Part shown: piece by piece, positions 17,509-27,177 of the stretch
Numbering within the stretch: position 1 is the first letter of the stretch
How the letters are laid out: each line of letters begins with the position of its first letter
Source of the DNA: a virus
Lineage: Duplodnaviria; Caudoviricetes
Length of the DNA: 51,413 nt
Strand: one strand, 5' to 3'
Virus record (IMG/VR): IMGVR_UViG_3300032330_001647
Span: 1 to 51,413 of that record
Notes under the pieces: model-generated
The model's input: only the letters and a program-made list of their open reading frames with translations
Told to the model about the DNA's origin: nothing
The model's database searches: none
Position numbers and translations under genes: made by a program

Positions 17509-18075
17509 ATGGATCTCGACGCTAAAAAAATCAACGAAAGCTTAGAAAAAGCAGAAGCTACTTCTTTAGAACCATGGTATAGAACCAATAAATATGGTGA
17601 TTGGATATTGGATCATATTGCCTATGGATGGCGTATCTATTACAAGTATTATGATGTAAAGCGTTGGTTTATTAGTACCTATCAACGTATGCGTTATGGT
17701 GTAAGTGATAGTGAATGTTGGAGTTTAGACTATACGTTTACAAAATTCATTCTTCCTAGACTAAAGCATTTCAAAAAGATTAATGTTCATACACATCCCC
17801 CACAGGTTACACCTGAAGAATGGGACAAAATCTTGGATGAATTGATTTGGACATTCGAATATATGGAAGATGTAGAAAAGTTCAATCCAATGCCTCCGGT
17901 TATGTATGTACGTCTTGGTAATATGGATGATTACTTTAAAAATATTAACCGTGAAAAAACCCCAGAACAAAAACAAGCTTGGGCTGAATATCTGAAGAAA
18001 AATGAAGAACTAGAAGAACGTCGTAAAAAGGGAATGTTATTGTTCGCTGAATATTATTCCCAACTTTGGGATTAA
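17509..18075 (+). CDS. conserved phage hypothetical protein
   Basis: CWSLDYT...LPRLKHFK...EWDKIL...LFAEYYSQLWD; promoter TTGACT-16-TAAACT at 17474-17501. Confidence 0.65.
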   Translation: MDLDAKKINESLEKAEATSLEPWYRTNKYGDWILDHIAYGWRIYYKYYDVKRWFISTYQRMRYGVSDSECWSLDYTFTKFILPRLKHFKKINVHTHPPQVTPEEWDKILDELIWTFEYMEDVEKFNPMPPVMYVRLGNMDDYFKNINREKTPEQKQAWAEYLKKNEELEERRKKGMLLFAEYYSQLWD

Positions 18076-18079
18076 CTGT

Positions 18080-18592
18080 ATGAATGAATTTGAAAATTAT
18101 AAAACTCCTAGTTTTGATGAACTATTCATGCGAATGGTTTATTTGACGGCTACTAAAAGCAAAGATCCATCTAGTAAAATAGGAGCCGTGATTGTTAAAG
18201 ATAATCGTGTTATTAGCACCGGTTATAACGGATTTCCAATTGGAGTATTAGATTCAGAAGAACGTTACAATAATAGAGAAACAAAGTATAAATTTGTAGT
18301 ACACGCAGAACATAATAGCATATTGACCGCAGCTAGATTCGGTATATCCACATTAGGATCAACACTTTATACAAACGGGTTGCCATGCAACAATTGTATG
18401 AAGTCTATAATACAGAGTGGTATTAATGAAATTGTAATTCATTCTTTATGGCCAGAAATGAAACATTCAGATTGGGAAGATTTATCTAAGGTATCTAAAA
18501 CTATGATGGAAGAATCCGGTCTTAAACTTAGAATTTTTGATGGTAAACTAAATTTAAATGGATTTTTGAACGGAAAAGTGTTTGACATTTAA
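18080..18592 (+). CDS. dCMP deaminase
   Basis: SKDPSSKIGAVIV, TGYNGFP, HAEHN, PCNNC. Confidence 0.9.
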   Translation: MNEFENYKTPSFDELFMRMVYLTATKSKDPSSKIGAVIVKDNRVISTGYNGFPIGVLDSEERYNNRETKYKFVVHAEHNSILTAARFGISTLGSTLYTNGLPCNNCMKSIIQSGINEIVIHSLWPEMKHSDWEDLSKVSKTMMEESGLKLRIFDGKLNLNGFLNGKVFDI

Positions 18593-18616
18593 AAAAAGGT
18601 GTGGTAGACTGTTCAT

Positions 18617-18829
18617 ATGATCAATAATAATGAGTTGTTTGCTAAGGTACTGGCTGAAAATCCTCTTCCGTACCATTTTGGCGACAAGGTAAATACTAAC
18701 CGTGGTATTGGTTTTATCAGTGGTTATAACTTCAAGGACCGTGAAAAGACTTGGAAGTTTACTATTCGTCCATTTGGATTGACTAATTATTATACAGATG
18801 TTGAAACTGTATATGGAAAGGTAGAATAA
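18617..18829 (+). CDS. hypothetical protein
   Basis: promoter TTGACA-17-TAGACT 6 nt upstream of ATG. Confidence 0.6.
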   Translation: MINNNELFAKVLAENPLPYHFGDKVNTNRGIGFISGYNFKDREKTWKFTIRPFGLTNYYTDVETVYGKVE

Positions 18830-18832
18830 ATT

Positions 18833-18994
18833 ATGGAATTTGAATCAAATGCAGATATTCTAAGAGATTTAATGAATCAACTACATACATTACATAAAGA
18901 AAATGCTAGGTTGATTCAAAAAATTGAAGATTTAGAGAAACACAATGAAGAACTTAACCGTAAGTTAAAGAGTATTCAAGCATTATTTCTATGA
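18833..18994 (+). CDS. small coiled-coil protein (53 aa, not in ORF track)
   Basis: heptad pattern LHKENARLIQKIEDLEKHNEELNRKL; ATGA overlap with next gene. Confidence 0.55.
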   Translation: MEFESNADILRDLMNQLHTLHKENARLIQKIEDLEKHNEELNRKLKSIQALFL

Positions 18995-19161
18995 AAATCT
19001 TTTTAGCATTTTTTATTAATTTGGCAGTATCATTGCTTACAAGCCTATTACTTTATAAGTTGTTTAAAGTGGATGTATCACCCACAATTATTTCTATTGG
19101 ATTGATCGTTGCGTATATGTGTTTACCACAACGATTTCACGATTGGATTGCTGAAAAATGA
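18991..19161 (+). CDS. small 2-TM membrane protein (56 aa, not in ORF track)
   Basis: MKIFLAFFINLAVSLLTSLLLY...IISIGLIVAYMCL. Confidence 0.5.
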   Translation: MKIFLAFFINLAVSLLTSLLLYKLFKVDVSPTIISIGLIVAYMCLPQRFHDWIAEK

Positions 19162-19162
19162 T

Positions 19163-19369
19163 ATGAACATTCACGTTCCAGAAGAAATTAAAGCTAAATA
19201 TCCTCATATGGAATTTAGGGGTAAACAGCGTATACTAAATGACAGAACTGTGATTGAAGCATATAACAATGCTACTAATCAAACTTTTCATTATAGTTTC
19301 GACGAAGACTTTTTTTGGTTTGCGGGACAAATTCCAGACTACAAACTTCCAAAAAGTATCTTGACTTAA
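19163..19369 (+). CDS. hypothetical protein
   Basis: ATG 19163 directly after upstream stop. Confidence 0.55.
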   Translation: MNIHVPEEIKAKYPHMEFRGKQRILNDRTVIEAYNNATNQTFHYSFDEDFFWFAGQIPDYKLPKSILT

Positions 19370-19394
19370 TATAAATCTTTGGTAATCTGGACTT

Positions 19395-19916
19395 ATGAGT
19401 GAACAAACATATATGAACCTAAAAGATGCAGTAAAGCGTCCTGTACTCAGTGAGAAGACTGTTAACCGTTCTAACAAGGCATTTGTTAGGATGGTTGATA
19501 GCTACCAGAAATGGAATGAGTCTATCAGTGCTGATGAGCCACGTGAGACATATGAAGATGACATTTTTAATTGTCTCTTTGAATATGACTTGGATGGTTA
19601 TAATTTGGCAGAATATCTAAAATCTAAGGTTAATCTTGCCTTTTGTGATGCTGAACTTGTAGATATTTTGGATGATATGATCTATGTCAAGAAGTCTTTA
19701 GAAGATGAAATGTTGAAGCAATGGGTTAAGGAGAACTTCTTGACCATTCCAGATGATGTAATTGGTAAGAAAGTTAATGCCAAACAAGGTTATAAGAAGT
19801 ATGAAAATCACTATATTACCACTATCAGACCGGACACTTATGAAGTAACTATCAGTGATAATATTAATAAAAAGGGTGGTTATATAGTTGGATTTGAAAA
19901 TGTAACTTTTCTATGA
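19395..19916 (+). CDS. hypothetical protein
   Basis: 173 aa; promoter TTGACT-16-TAATCT 6 nt upstream of ATG. Confidence 0.65.
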   Translation: MSEQTYMNLKDAVKRPVLSEKTVNRSNKAFVRMVDSYQKWNESISADEPRETYEDDIFNCLFEYDLDGYNLAEYLKSKVNLAFCDAELVDILDDMIYVKKSLEDEMLKQWVKENFLTIPDDVIGKKVNAKQGYKKYENHYITTIRPDTYEVTISDNINKKGGYIVGFENVTFL

Positions 19917-20245
19917 AAGACACTAGTGTCATTCCCAAGGGAGATTATTGTTACACTTGGAAAGAAGTTCCTAGTGAAAGTAACAACTATCGTGGTAAAG
20001 TAAATTACTGTCCATACTATGATGTAAAAAATGTCAATGGTGTGGAATTTCCGTGGTGTAATTATCTTGAACAAGGAGGAATACCCAATTCAGATAATTG
20101 GAAGGGATGGGATAATTATGATAGTGCTGAAAAAGTATTGATTGAACATTTTGGAAGTGAGGAAACTATGGATGAAAAACTATCTTTATTTCTACTATTT
20201 GATAGTTGCAAAGAATGTGGCGTAAATGTTGAAGAAGAAAGTTGA
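19913..20245 (+). CDS. Cys-containing conserved phage hypothetical protein
   Basis: IPKGDYCY...CPYY...LLFDSCKECGVN. Confidence 0.6.
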   Translation: MKDTSVIPKGDYCYTWKEVPSESNNYRGKVNYCPYYDVKNVNGVEFPWCNYLEQGGIPNSDNWKGWDNYDSAEKVLIEHFGSEETMDEKLSLFLLFDSCKECGVNVEEES

Positions 20246-20275
20246 CTTTCTGTAAAGTTGTGGTAAATTGGGTGT

Positions 20276-21370
20276 ATGAAGATTGATTTGGAAAAGTTGG
20301 ATTTAAACAACTTTAAACTCAAGAATGGTTGTTTGAATGGACGGGTAGTTCAATTAATTGTTCCTGTAGAATTTAATTGTAAGTGGACTAAACAAAACTT
20401 GCATTTTAGAAGCGTCATAGTTGATTATGATGGAAACATTCTATCACGGGGTTTCAATAAATTCTTTAACGCAGGAGAATCTCCTGATTTATATCCTAAT
20501 CCAGAAAAACATAAAGATTGGGTATTAACTAATAAAGAAGATGGTAGCCTTATGATATGTGATTACATTTATGATTCATTGAATGTAAGAACTAGGGGTA
20601 CTATTTCATATAAAGACCACGAAAACACTAATGATTTTGATTATGTAATTGAAAAATATAACATTTCATCGTTACTTAAAAAGTATGAAGAATATTCAAT
20701 CTTATTTGAAATTTATAGTCCAAACAATGTTATTGTTTTAAAGCCATACGATGAACCAGAAATTGTGCTTCTAGGAGCAATTAATAAAGAAACTGGAATT
20801 TATTATCCGTTTTACACTCCACTCGGAAAAGAAATTCAATCAGTAGTTGATTGTAAAGTTCCTGAAGTTTTTAAACTTTCTGGAAATATATTAGATATCA
20901 TTGAAAACATAAAAGTTTGGAAAAATAAAGAAGGAATTGTATTAAACTACAACGATTCTCAAAACCAAATAAAAATTAAATCACAGTGGTATCTTGCTCT
21001 ACATCATATGAAGAGCGAGCTAAGCAATATAGAAAAAGTTATAGATGTTTGGCTAGAGCAATGTATGCCTGACTATCAGACTTTCTATAACTATATCTTT
21101 ACCACTTTTGATTATGAGTTAGCAGAACAGGTTAAAGCTATGATTAGCCGTATTTGTGATGCTAAGAAGGAAGTGGATATGATTGTGGTTGGTATGAATG
21201 AGTTTGTAAATAACAGACTTCGTTCATTGCCTTCACGAAAGGAACAAGCACAGTTGGTTATATCATCATATGGTGAAACAAACAGGGCTGCTTTTGTATT
21301 CAAAATTTTGGATAATCGTCCTTTAGGTAAAGAAGAATATAAAAAGTTACTATTTCAAGTTCTCAAATAA
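20276..21370 (+). CDS. RNA ligase, T4 Rnl1-like
   Basis: RGFNKFFN, motif I KEDGSL, FEIYSP, EGIV, IKIKS..Y. Confidence 0.85.
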   Translation: MKIDLEKLDLNNFKLKNGCLNGRVVQLIVPVEFNCKWTKQNLHFRSVIVDYDGNILSRGFNKFFNAGESPDLYPNPEKHKDWVLTNKEDGSLMICDYIYDSLNVRTRGTISYKDHENTNDFDYVIEKYNISSLLKKYEEYSILFEIYSPNNVIVLKPYDEPEIVLLGAINKETGIYYPFYTPLGKEIQSVVDCKVPEVFKLSGNILDIIENIKVWKNKEGIVLNYNDSQNQIKIKSQWYLALHHMKSELSNIEKVIDVWLEQCMPDYQTFYNYIFTTFDYELAEQVKAMISRICDAKKEVDMIVVGMNEFVNNRLRSLPSRKEQAQLVISSYGETNRAAFVFKILDNRPLGKEEYKKLLFQVLK

Positions 21371-21401
21371 AACCCCCACTATTAATTTAGTGGGGTTATT
21401 T
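21369..21401. terminator. bidirectional terminator between convergent genes
   Basis: CCCCACTA-TTAATT-TAGTGGGG flanked by A/T tracts. Confidence 0.7.
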
Positions 21402-21406
21402 GTTTA

Positions 21407-21721
21407 TTAGTTCTTCTTTGGTTTGGTTGGTCTATCACCATCTTTTGGTGGACCATCGTGTTTTGGTCCTTTTGGTCCGCCTGGTGGTGGTCCAAAACTT
21501 CTCAATAGCTTACGATCATCATCACTAACCTTTAGACGTTCTTCTTTATCTAACTTACCGTCTTTATTTGCATCATACTTTGCAACCAAAGCTGCACGTT
21601 GTGCCTTTTGTTCCTCTGTCAATTGTGGGCGAGGAGGGCGATTGCCTGGAGGTGGACCTTTTGGTTTATCTTGAGCATTTAGAGAAAATGCTGCGGTTAA
21701 TACTAATAGATATTTTAACAT
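21407..21721 (-). CDS. secreted EF-hand-like, Pro/Gly/Lys-rich protein
   Basis: signal peptide ...AFSLNA, YDANKDGKLDKEER EF-hand loop, GAAAGGA upstream. Confidence 0.75.
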   Translation of the reverse strand: MLKYLLVLTAAFSLNAQDKPKGPPPGNRPPRPQLTEEQKAQRAALVAKYDANKDGKLDKEERLKVSDDDRKLLRSFGPPPGGPKGPKHDGPPKDGDRPTKPKKN

Positions 21722-21858
21722 ATATTTCCTTTCTTTACGTAACCACCATTGATTACTTCATACATATATACCACATCAATCACACCAAATAAACATCTTT
21801 TACTTCCCCTTTACAATTTTCTCTTGACTTTATAACAAGCAGATGTTAATATACACAT

Positions 21859-22317
21859 ATGAATAATACACTTTATATTGCCGTTGGCTTGCCTGGAAGT
21901 GGTAAGTCAACCTATGCAAAGAACTTTATTAAAGACAAAGACATTGAATACCTAAGTAGTGATGAACTACGTGCTGTATTTGGAAGTGGAGAAACGGACC
22001 AAACTTGCACAAATCAAGTTTTTGGTCACATCAAAAGAAAGGTTGACGAATTTCTAAAAGATGGTAAAAATGTATTGGTTGATGCAACCAGTGTAAACCG
22101 TAAGGAAAGAGCTGATTACATTACCACCGCAAAGAAATATGGTGCAAAAGTAGTTGTTCTTGTCTTCAAGATGGATCGTCAAGGTCTAATTGATAGAAAT
22201 AAAAAGAGAGGCCAAGAAGGTGGTAGAGTTGTACCTGATTGGGTTATTGACAAGATGTTGACAAAGTATGAAGAACCTTCAACCAGTGAAGGTATTGATG
22301 AGGTAATTTATGTTTGA
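21859..22317 (+). CDS. polynucleotide kinase-like P-loop kinase (AAA_33)
   Basis: VGLPGSGKST, LSSDELR, VDATS, RN..R...VP..VI..M; promoter TTGACT-17-TAATAT 6 nt upstream. Confidence 0.85.
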   Translation: MNNTLYIAVGLPGSGKSTYAKNFIKDKDIEYLSSDELRAVFGSGETDQTCTNQVFGHIKRKVDEFLKDGKNVLVDATSVNRKERADYITTAKKYGAKVVVLVFKMDRQGLIDRNKKRGQEGGRVVPDWVIDKMLTKYEEPSTSEGIDEVIYV

Positions 22318-22954
22318 AAGACCACTAAAACTAATTCATAATGATGATCACAAGGTATTCTTTACCAGTGATACTCATTTCCGACATAATCAAAGCTTCA
22401 TATTTGAAGCTAGAGGTTATAAAGATCGTTATGAACACGATGATGCTTTGATTGCAAAGATCAATGAAGTAGTACGTCCACAAGATACACTAATTCATTT
22501 GGGTGATTTTTGTCTGAATATTACTCCACCTGAATTCAATGAAATTCTAGCACGAATCAATTGTCAAAACATTGCTTATATTTGGGGTAATCACAACTCC
22601 TGTATTCGTAGAGTCTATGAAGATGCTGTTGCAACTCAATATGGTAGAGATATGGAAGTATATCCATATGCGGTTGGTAAGATCACTTATCTGGGTTATT
22701 ATAAGGAACTGATTGTAAACGGTCATATGATTGTTGTTCATCATTACCCACATCAAATCTTTAACCAAATGCAAAAGGGTGCTTGGCAACTTTCAGGACA
22801 CTCGCACTATAGCAATCCAACCACTCACATTGATAACCCAGACAATAAAATATTGGATGTTGGATGGGATGGACATGGAAAACCATTGTCTTTCCCAGAA
22901 ATCCAGAAGATTATGATGAACAAGAATCATGTAAAGCGTGATGATCATCATTAA
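22310..22954 (+). CDS. calcineurin-like phosphoesterase
   Basis: FTSDTHF, HLGDF, GNHN, HYP, GHSH, LDVGWD; overlaps the kinase stop. Confidence 0.85.
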   Translation: MFERPLKLIHNDDHKVFFTSDTHFRHNQSFIFEARGYKDRYEHDDALIAKINEVVRPQDTLIHLGDFCLNITPPEFNEILARINCQNIAYIWGNHNSCIRRVYEDAVATQYGRDMEVYPYAVGKITYLGYYKELIVNGHMIVVHHYPHQIFNQMQKGAWQLSGHSHYSNPTTHIDNPDNKILDVGWDGHGKPLSFPEIQKIMMNKNHVKRDDHH

Positions 22955-22960
22955 GAATAC

Positions 22961-22992
22961 AAATCCCCTCCGTAAAAAGAGGGGATTTTTTG
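22961..22992 (+). terminator. intrinsic terminator fused to next -35 box
   Basis: AAATCCCCTC-loop-GAGGGGATTT + T tract, then TTGACT 22993. Confidence 0.8.
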
Positions 22993-23030
22993 TTGACTTG
23001 TTATAAAATTCGTGGTAGATTGAGTCTGTT

Positions 23031-23507
23031 ATGTCAAAACCATATATTCACGCTCAAAGTTCAGTCCGTAAGTTCGGCGGTCAGCCACAGGATTATGAAC
23101 CTATACATTCATTTATGGATTGTAGTAAGGGTGCAATTGCGGATAACCGCCATCGTGCTCTAACGCACAATAGTTGGTTTCTTAGTAATATTCTGGAACG
23201 GGTAAAGTTTGCCAATAGTGGTCCAGAAACAAGTGATCATCGTTTTCCTACTATTATTAATAGTGATGGACGTAGTGTAAGTGTACGGGATATTGGTGAA
23301 CAACACTGTTTGGAAGACTTTGCTAATAAGTTTATTCCGTCAGCACAAGATTATCTGGCTGAAATGGAGTTCAAGAGTTGGATGCAGAATGGTATTTCAC
23401 ATCCTCCTAGCTTTGTGAAAATTGATGAAGGACGTAAAGCTCGTGCTAAAAATAGTTTGACTTCTAAAACTTTTGGTGGTAGTATCAAAAATGTAATCGG
23501 AGACTAA
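23031..23507 (+). CDS. DUF6915-like phage protein
   Basis: PYIHAQSSVRKFGG..DY..IH.FMD.SK....RHRALTHN...VRDIGEQHCLED. Confidence 0.7.
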   Translation: MSKPYIHAQSSVRKFGGQPQDYEPIHSFMDCSKGAIADNRHRALTHNSWFLSNILERVKFANSGPETSDHRFPTIINSDGRSVSVRDIGEQHCLEDFANKFIPSAQDYLAEMEFKSWMQNGISHPPSFVKIDEGRKARAKNSLTSKTFGGSIKNVIGD

Positions 23508-23520
23508 TAAAACAAAACAT

Positions 23521-23907
23521 ATGAAAGAATCACTTAAGAAAATTGAAGAGCTAAAGAATCAACTCAACGCAGTTAAGTCAGAACTCCAGAATGAGTTTAA
23601 GGCTAAACTAAAGAAGATCTTTGTTGATAATCCTAAATTGGATAGCGTTGAAATGTATCTTAATAACCACGAATTTAATGATGGTGATGCAACCTCATTC
23701 TATATTGGATATGAAGATATGAATCTTATCATTGATGGTAAAGAAGTTGAACGGGAGTGGGATAACGCAACGAAAGATTACAAGGCAAATCTACTGATTG
23801 AATCGTTGATTGAACTGTTTGGTGACACTCAGTGTATCCACGAAGACCTATATGGTGATGGATATGAACATCTGTCAATCACCCGTGAAGAAGTTCTAAA
23901 GTTTTAA
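23521..23907 (+). CDS. hypothetical protein
   Basis: 128 aa, FNDGD motif; promoter TTGACT-17-TAGTAT at 23457-23485. Confidence 0.6.
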   Translation: MKESLKKIEELKNQLNAVKSELQNEFKAKLKKIFVDNPKLDSVEMYLNNHEFNDGDATSFYIGYEDMNLIIDGKEVEREWDNATKDYKANLLIESLIELFGDTQCIHEDLYGDGYEHLSITREEVLKF

Positions 23908-23910
23908 TAT

Positions 23911-24300
23911 ATGAGTACATATCGTAGAGCAACATTACAGGATCTAGCCAAACTTGGTTACGTTCCTAACACTCAGAAGTATAAAGAACACATTGCGTTT
24001 GCCAAGAAGTATTATCCTCCTGAAGCAACTACAATGGTTATTGTAGTTCATAGTGAATACAATGATTGTACATATAATAATAGTTTTCAGTATATCATTG
24101 TGTATGATAAGGATGGCAATGAACTTCCTCCATTGAAGAAGACTGCCAAGGAATGCCGTGAACATTGGACTACTGAGTATCTGCCTATTCCAAACACAAG
24201 AGACGGACATTATGGTGCATCTGAATCAGATGAACCAATGGATGATGTTGTAATTCCATTGACCTCTGAAGTTCCAGAACTTTATATCAAGGAGAATTAA
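23911..24300 (+). CDS. hypothetical protein
   Basis: 129 aa ORF in operon. Confidence 0.6.
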   Translation: MSTYRRATLQDLAKLGYVPNTQKYKEHIAFAKKYYPPEATTMVIVVHSEYNDCTYNNSFQYIIVYDKDGNELPPLKKTAKECREHWTTEYLPIPNTRDGHYGASESDEPMDDVVIPLTSEVPELYIKEN

Positions 24301-24303
24301 TAT

Positions 24304-24540
24304 ATGTTTAGTAATAAAAATATTGTAAAGTATAGTGCAAAGTATTTTGTATTGACAACATTGGGTGCATACATTTTCAATTTGTCTACATCAATGATTA
24401 ATCAAAAGAGTGACGTTGCAAATCTTCTTGGAACCGCACTTTTCGCTGGACTTTTCGTTGGTACGCTAGTAATCTTAAAAAGTGATGTGACCAAGTTGGT
24501 CAAGAAACTAGAAGAAAATAAAAACAAAGAAAATGAATAA
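24304..24540 (+). CDS. 2-TM membrane protein
   Basis: two hydrophobic segments; directly upstream of the SPFH gene. Confidence 0.6.
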   Translation: MFSNKNIVKYSAKYFVLTTLGAYIFNLSTSMINQKSDVANLLGTALFAGLFVGTLVILKSDVTKLVKKLEENKNKENE

Positions 24541-25438
24541 GAAGCTCGTTAGTCTAATCGCCGGTATCGTCGCCATCTCAACTTTCACTGGTTGTGATAG
24601 GGTTGAGCCTGGTTATGTTGGTATCAAGGTGAATCAGTGGGGTAGTCAAAAAGGAGTCAATGATTTTCCGTTGGTTACTGGTGGTGTATTCTATAACCCC
24701 ATCACTGAGGATATCTATAAGTTCCCCACATTTATGCAGAATGCTGTGTGGGATCGTGAACGTGGTAGCAAGGAAAGTCCTGGTGATGACAGCGTAACTT
24801 TCAATAGTATTGAAGGTGCTGTGGTTAATGCTGATATTGCTCTGGCTTACACGTTCGTAGCTGAGAAGGTTCCTCAGATCTTTGTGGAGTTTCGTCAGTC
24901 GCCAGAGATTATTACCCACGGATTTATGCGGAATGAGATTAATAACTCATTCAATCGTGTTGCTAGTACTATGAAGGCTAGTGACATCTTTGGTGAGAGG
25001 AAGCAATATCTTCTTGACAATGTTAAGAGCAATCTTAATGCACAGCTTGGACCCAAGGGATTTAGGTTTGAGTTGATCAGTTTTCACGGTGGTCTTCGTG
25101 TTGATCAGAGTGTTCAGACTCGTATCAATGCTGTACTAGAAGCTAGTCAGAAGGCTATTGAGGCTGAAACCAAGGTTCGTCAGAGTAAGGCTGAGGCGGA
25201 TCAAGTGATTGAAAAGGCCCGTGGTGAGAAGGAGAGTAACATTGCCAAGGCGGAAGGTGAGGCAAAGAGTATTGCTCTTAAGGCAGAGGCTCAGTCCAAG
25301 GCTAACTTGGTGTTGGCTCAGTCTCTAACTCCGGCATTGGTTCAGTATGAAGCGTTGCAGCGCTGGGACGGTAAGCTGCCGGTATATAATGGAGGTGGTG
25401 TTGTACCGTTCGTTAACATTGGAAACACCAACCGATAA
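24533..25438 (+). CDS. SPFH/band-7 (prohibitin-like) protein
   Basis: lipobox-like FTGC, VEPGYVGIKV, Ala/Glu coiled coil, RWDGKLP. Confidence 0.9.
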   Translation: MNKKLVSLIAGIVAISTFTGCDRVEPGYVGIKVNQWGSQKGVNDFPLVTGGVFYNPITEDIYKFPTFMQNAVWDRERGSKESPGDDSVTFNSIEGAVVNADIALAYTFVAEKVPQIFVEFRQSPEIITHGFMRNEINNSFNRVASTMKASDIFGERKQYLLDNVKSNLNAQLGPKGFRFELISFHGGLRVDQSVQTRINAVLEASQKAIEAETKVRQSKAEADQVIEKARGEKESNIAKAEGEAKSIALKAEAQSKANLVLAQSLTPALVQYEALQRWDGKLPVYNGGGVVPFVNIGNTNR

Positions 25439-25456
25439 GTGGTAGGATAAGTGGAG

Positions 25457-25488
25457 AAACCCGTCAGAGAAATCTGACGGGTTTTTTG
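25457..25488 (+). terminator. intrinsic terminator fused to next -35 box
   Basis: AAACCCGTCAGA-GAAA-TCTGACGGGTTT + T tract, then TTGACT 25489. Confidence 0.85.
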
Positions 25489-25526
25489 TTGACTTTGTTT
25501 AAACTACGTGATATAGTTAAGGAGTA

Positions 25527-25844
25527 ATGAATATCGTAGATTACATTGTAAAGAATTGGGACACTCTTCCTAAGAGCAAGTTTGATGATGACCGCATCGT
25601 AATTTTCAAGGAAATTCATAATTGGGATGGCAGTTATGGACATCACAATTATGAGGGTGTTGGTGTTGACAAGGATGGTAACGTCACTTGGTGTTACAGC
25701 TCTGGTTGTAGCTGTAACGGTGGAACCTCTCTTGATACCAAGAAGGACTTGAAGGTGTTTGTTGTAAATGATGGAATTGATTTGAATGTAGATCCGTCTA
25801 CTATTAATTTTGATTCACTTCAGGTTGAGTTTGATTCTTACTGA
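25527..25844 (+). CDS. hypothetical protein
   Basis: 105 aa, SGCSC motif. Confidence 0.6.
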   Translation: MNIVDYIVKNWDTLPKSKFDDDRIVIFKEIHNWDGSYGHHNYEGVGVDKDGNVTWCYSSGCSCNGGTSLDTKKDLKVFVVNDGIDLNVDPSTINFDSLQVEFDSY

Positions 25845-25859
25845 TAGAAAGGATAAAAA

Positions 25860-26876
25860 ATGAATACTGATCGTAAATTGGCTAGTGTTGTTAAGATTGT
25901 TGACATTCAACCTATTGTTGGTGCTGATGCCATTATGGTGGCTAAAGTTAAGGGGTGGAATGTAGTTGTAAAGGTTAATGAATACAAGGTTGGTGATTTG
26001 GCTGTTTATTATGAGATTGACAGCTTTTTGCCTATCCGTCCTCAATTTGAATTTCTACGTAAGAGTAGTTACAAGCGTATGGGTTCTAGTGAGGGATTTC
26101 GTTTGAAGACTATCCGACTAAGAAATACTGTATCGCAGGGTTTATTGACTCCAATTCCAGAGGGTATAATTGATCCAAAGGAAGGTGATGATTTGACTGA
26201 GGCTCTTGATATTGTAAAATATGAACCTCCTATTCCTGCTCAATTGGCGGGAAAGATTAAGGGTACATTTCCTAGTTTTATTCCAAAGACGGATGAAACT
26301 CGTATTCAGAACTTTGAAAGTGATATTGGTTTTGTGCCTGTTGGAGAACGAGTGTATGTCACTGAAAAGTTGGATGGTACTAGTTTTACTTGTTACTTCA
26401 ATAATGGTGTATTTGGTGTCTGTGGACGTAATTGGGAGTTGACTGAAACCAATGACAACAGTCTATGGCGTATGGCTAATATGCTTGAATTGAAGGAGAA
26501 GTTGACAAAGTATGGCAAAAACATTGCGATACAAGGCGAGTTGGTGGGCAACGGTATCAATGGTAATTTGTATGAATTGAAGGAGCACAAATTATACTTC
26601 TTTACTGGTTATGACATTGATAAGGGTCGCCGTATGTTCTTTGATGAACTTGAGTGGTTGTTGTTTAGGTTTGAAGTACCTATGGTACCAGTACTTGAAA
26701 AGTATGGATATGTATTACCCACCGAAAACTTGGTGGACAATATGTTGAAGTATGCTGAAGGTAAGAGTGTATTGAATATGGGTGTTGATCGTGAAGGTGT
26801 AGTTGTTCGTGGACTTGAACGAGAATTTAGTTTCAAGGCTATTAGCAATACGTATCTTCTTGGAAGCAAGGACTGA
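25860..26876 (+). CDS. RNA ligase, DRB0094/Rnl5 family
   Basis: RKLASV, YEIDSFLP, SQGL, FPSFIPKTDETRIQN, TEKLDGTS, QGELVG, REGVV, SFKAISN. Confidence 0.92.
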   Translation: MNTDRKLASVVKIVDIQPIVGADAIMVAKVKGWNVVVKVNEYKVGDLAVYYEIDSFLPIRPQFEFLRKSSYKRMGSSEGFRLKTIRLRNTVSQGLLTPIPEGIIDPKEGDDLTEALDIVKYEPPIPAQLAGKIKGTFPSFIPKTDETRIQNFESDIGFVPVGERVYVTEKLDGTSFTCYFNNGVFGVCGRNWELTETNDNSLWRMANMLELKEKLTKYGKNIAIQGELVGNGINGNLYELKEHKLYFFTGYDIDKGRRMFFDELEWLLFRFEVPMVPVLEKYGYVLPTENLVDNMLKYAEGKSVLNMGVDREGVVVRGLEREFSFKAISNTYLLGSKD

Positions 26877-26881
26877 TTAAA

Positions 26882-26915
26882 AGGGAGGTATGTAATAGTA
26901 CCTCCCTCATTTTTT
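26882..26915 (+). terminator. intrinsic terminator
   Basis: AGGGAGGTA-loop-TACCTCCCT then T tract. Confidence 0.65.
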
Positions 26916-27152
26916 ATGAAAAAGTATAGTATCAAGACAAATGATATTGGTATGTGTATGAGTGTAGGTTGTGATTTTTATCAGACTTGCGCCAATAACA
27001 GTGTAAATATGTTTTACAAGACCAAACGAAAGTTTGAACCAGTTCTTGAAAAATCAATTTGTTTGAGTTATAGTAGTGGTAAGAATACCAAAGATTACTC
27101 AGACAATTGTTATCCTAATGTCTTGAAGAAGATTTATGAATGTCACTCTTGA
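26916..27152 (+). CDS. small Cys-rich hypothetical protein
   Basis: 78 aa with DIGMC...C...C pattern. Confidence 0.5.
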   Translation: MKKYSIKTNDIGMCMSVGCDFYQTCANNSVNMFYKTKRKFEPVLEKSICLSYSSGKNTKDYSDNCYPNVLKKIYECHS

Positions 27153-27177
27153 TTTAAAATTTGAGTATAATATCCCA

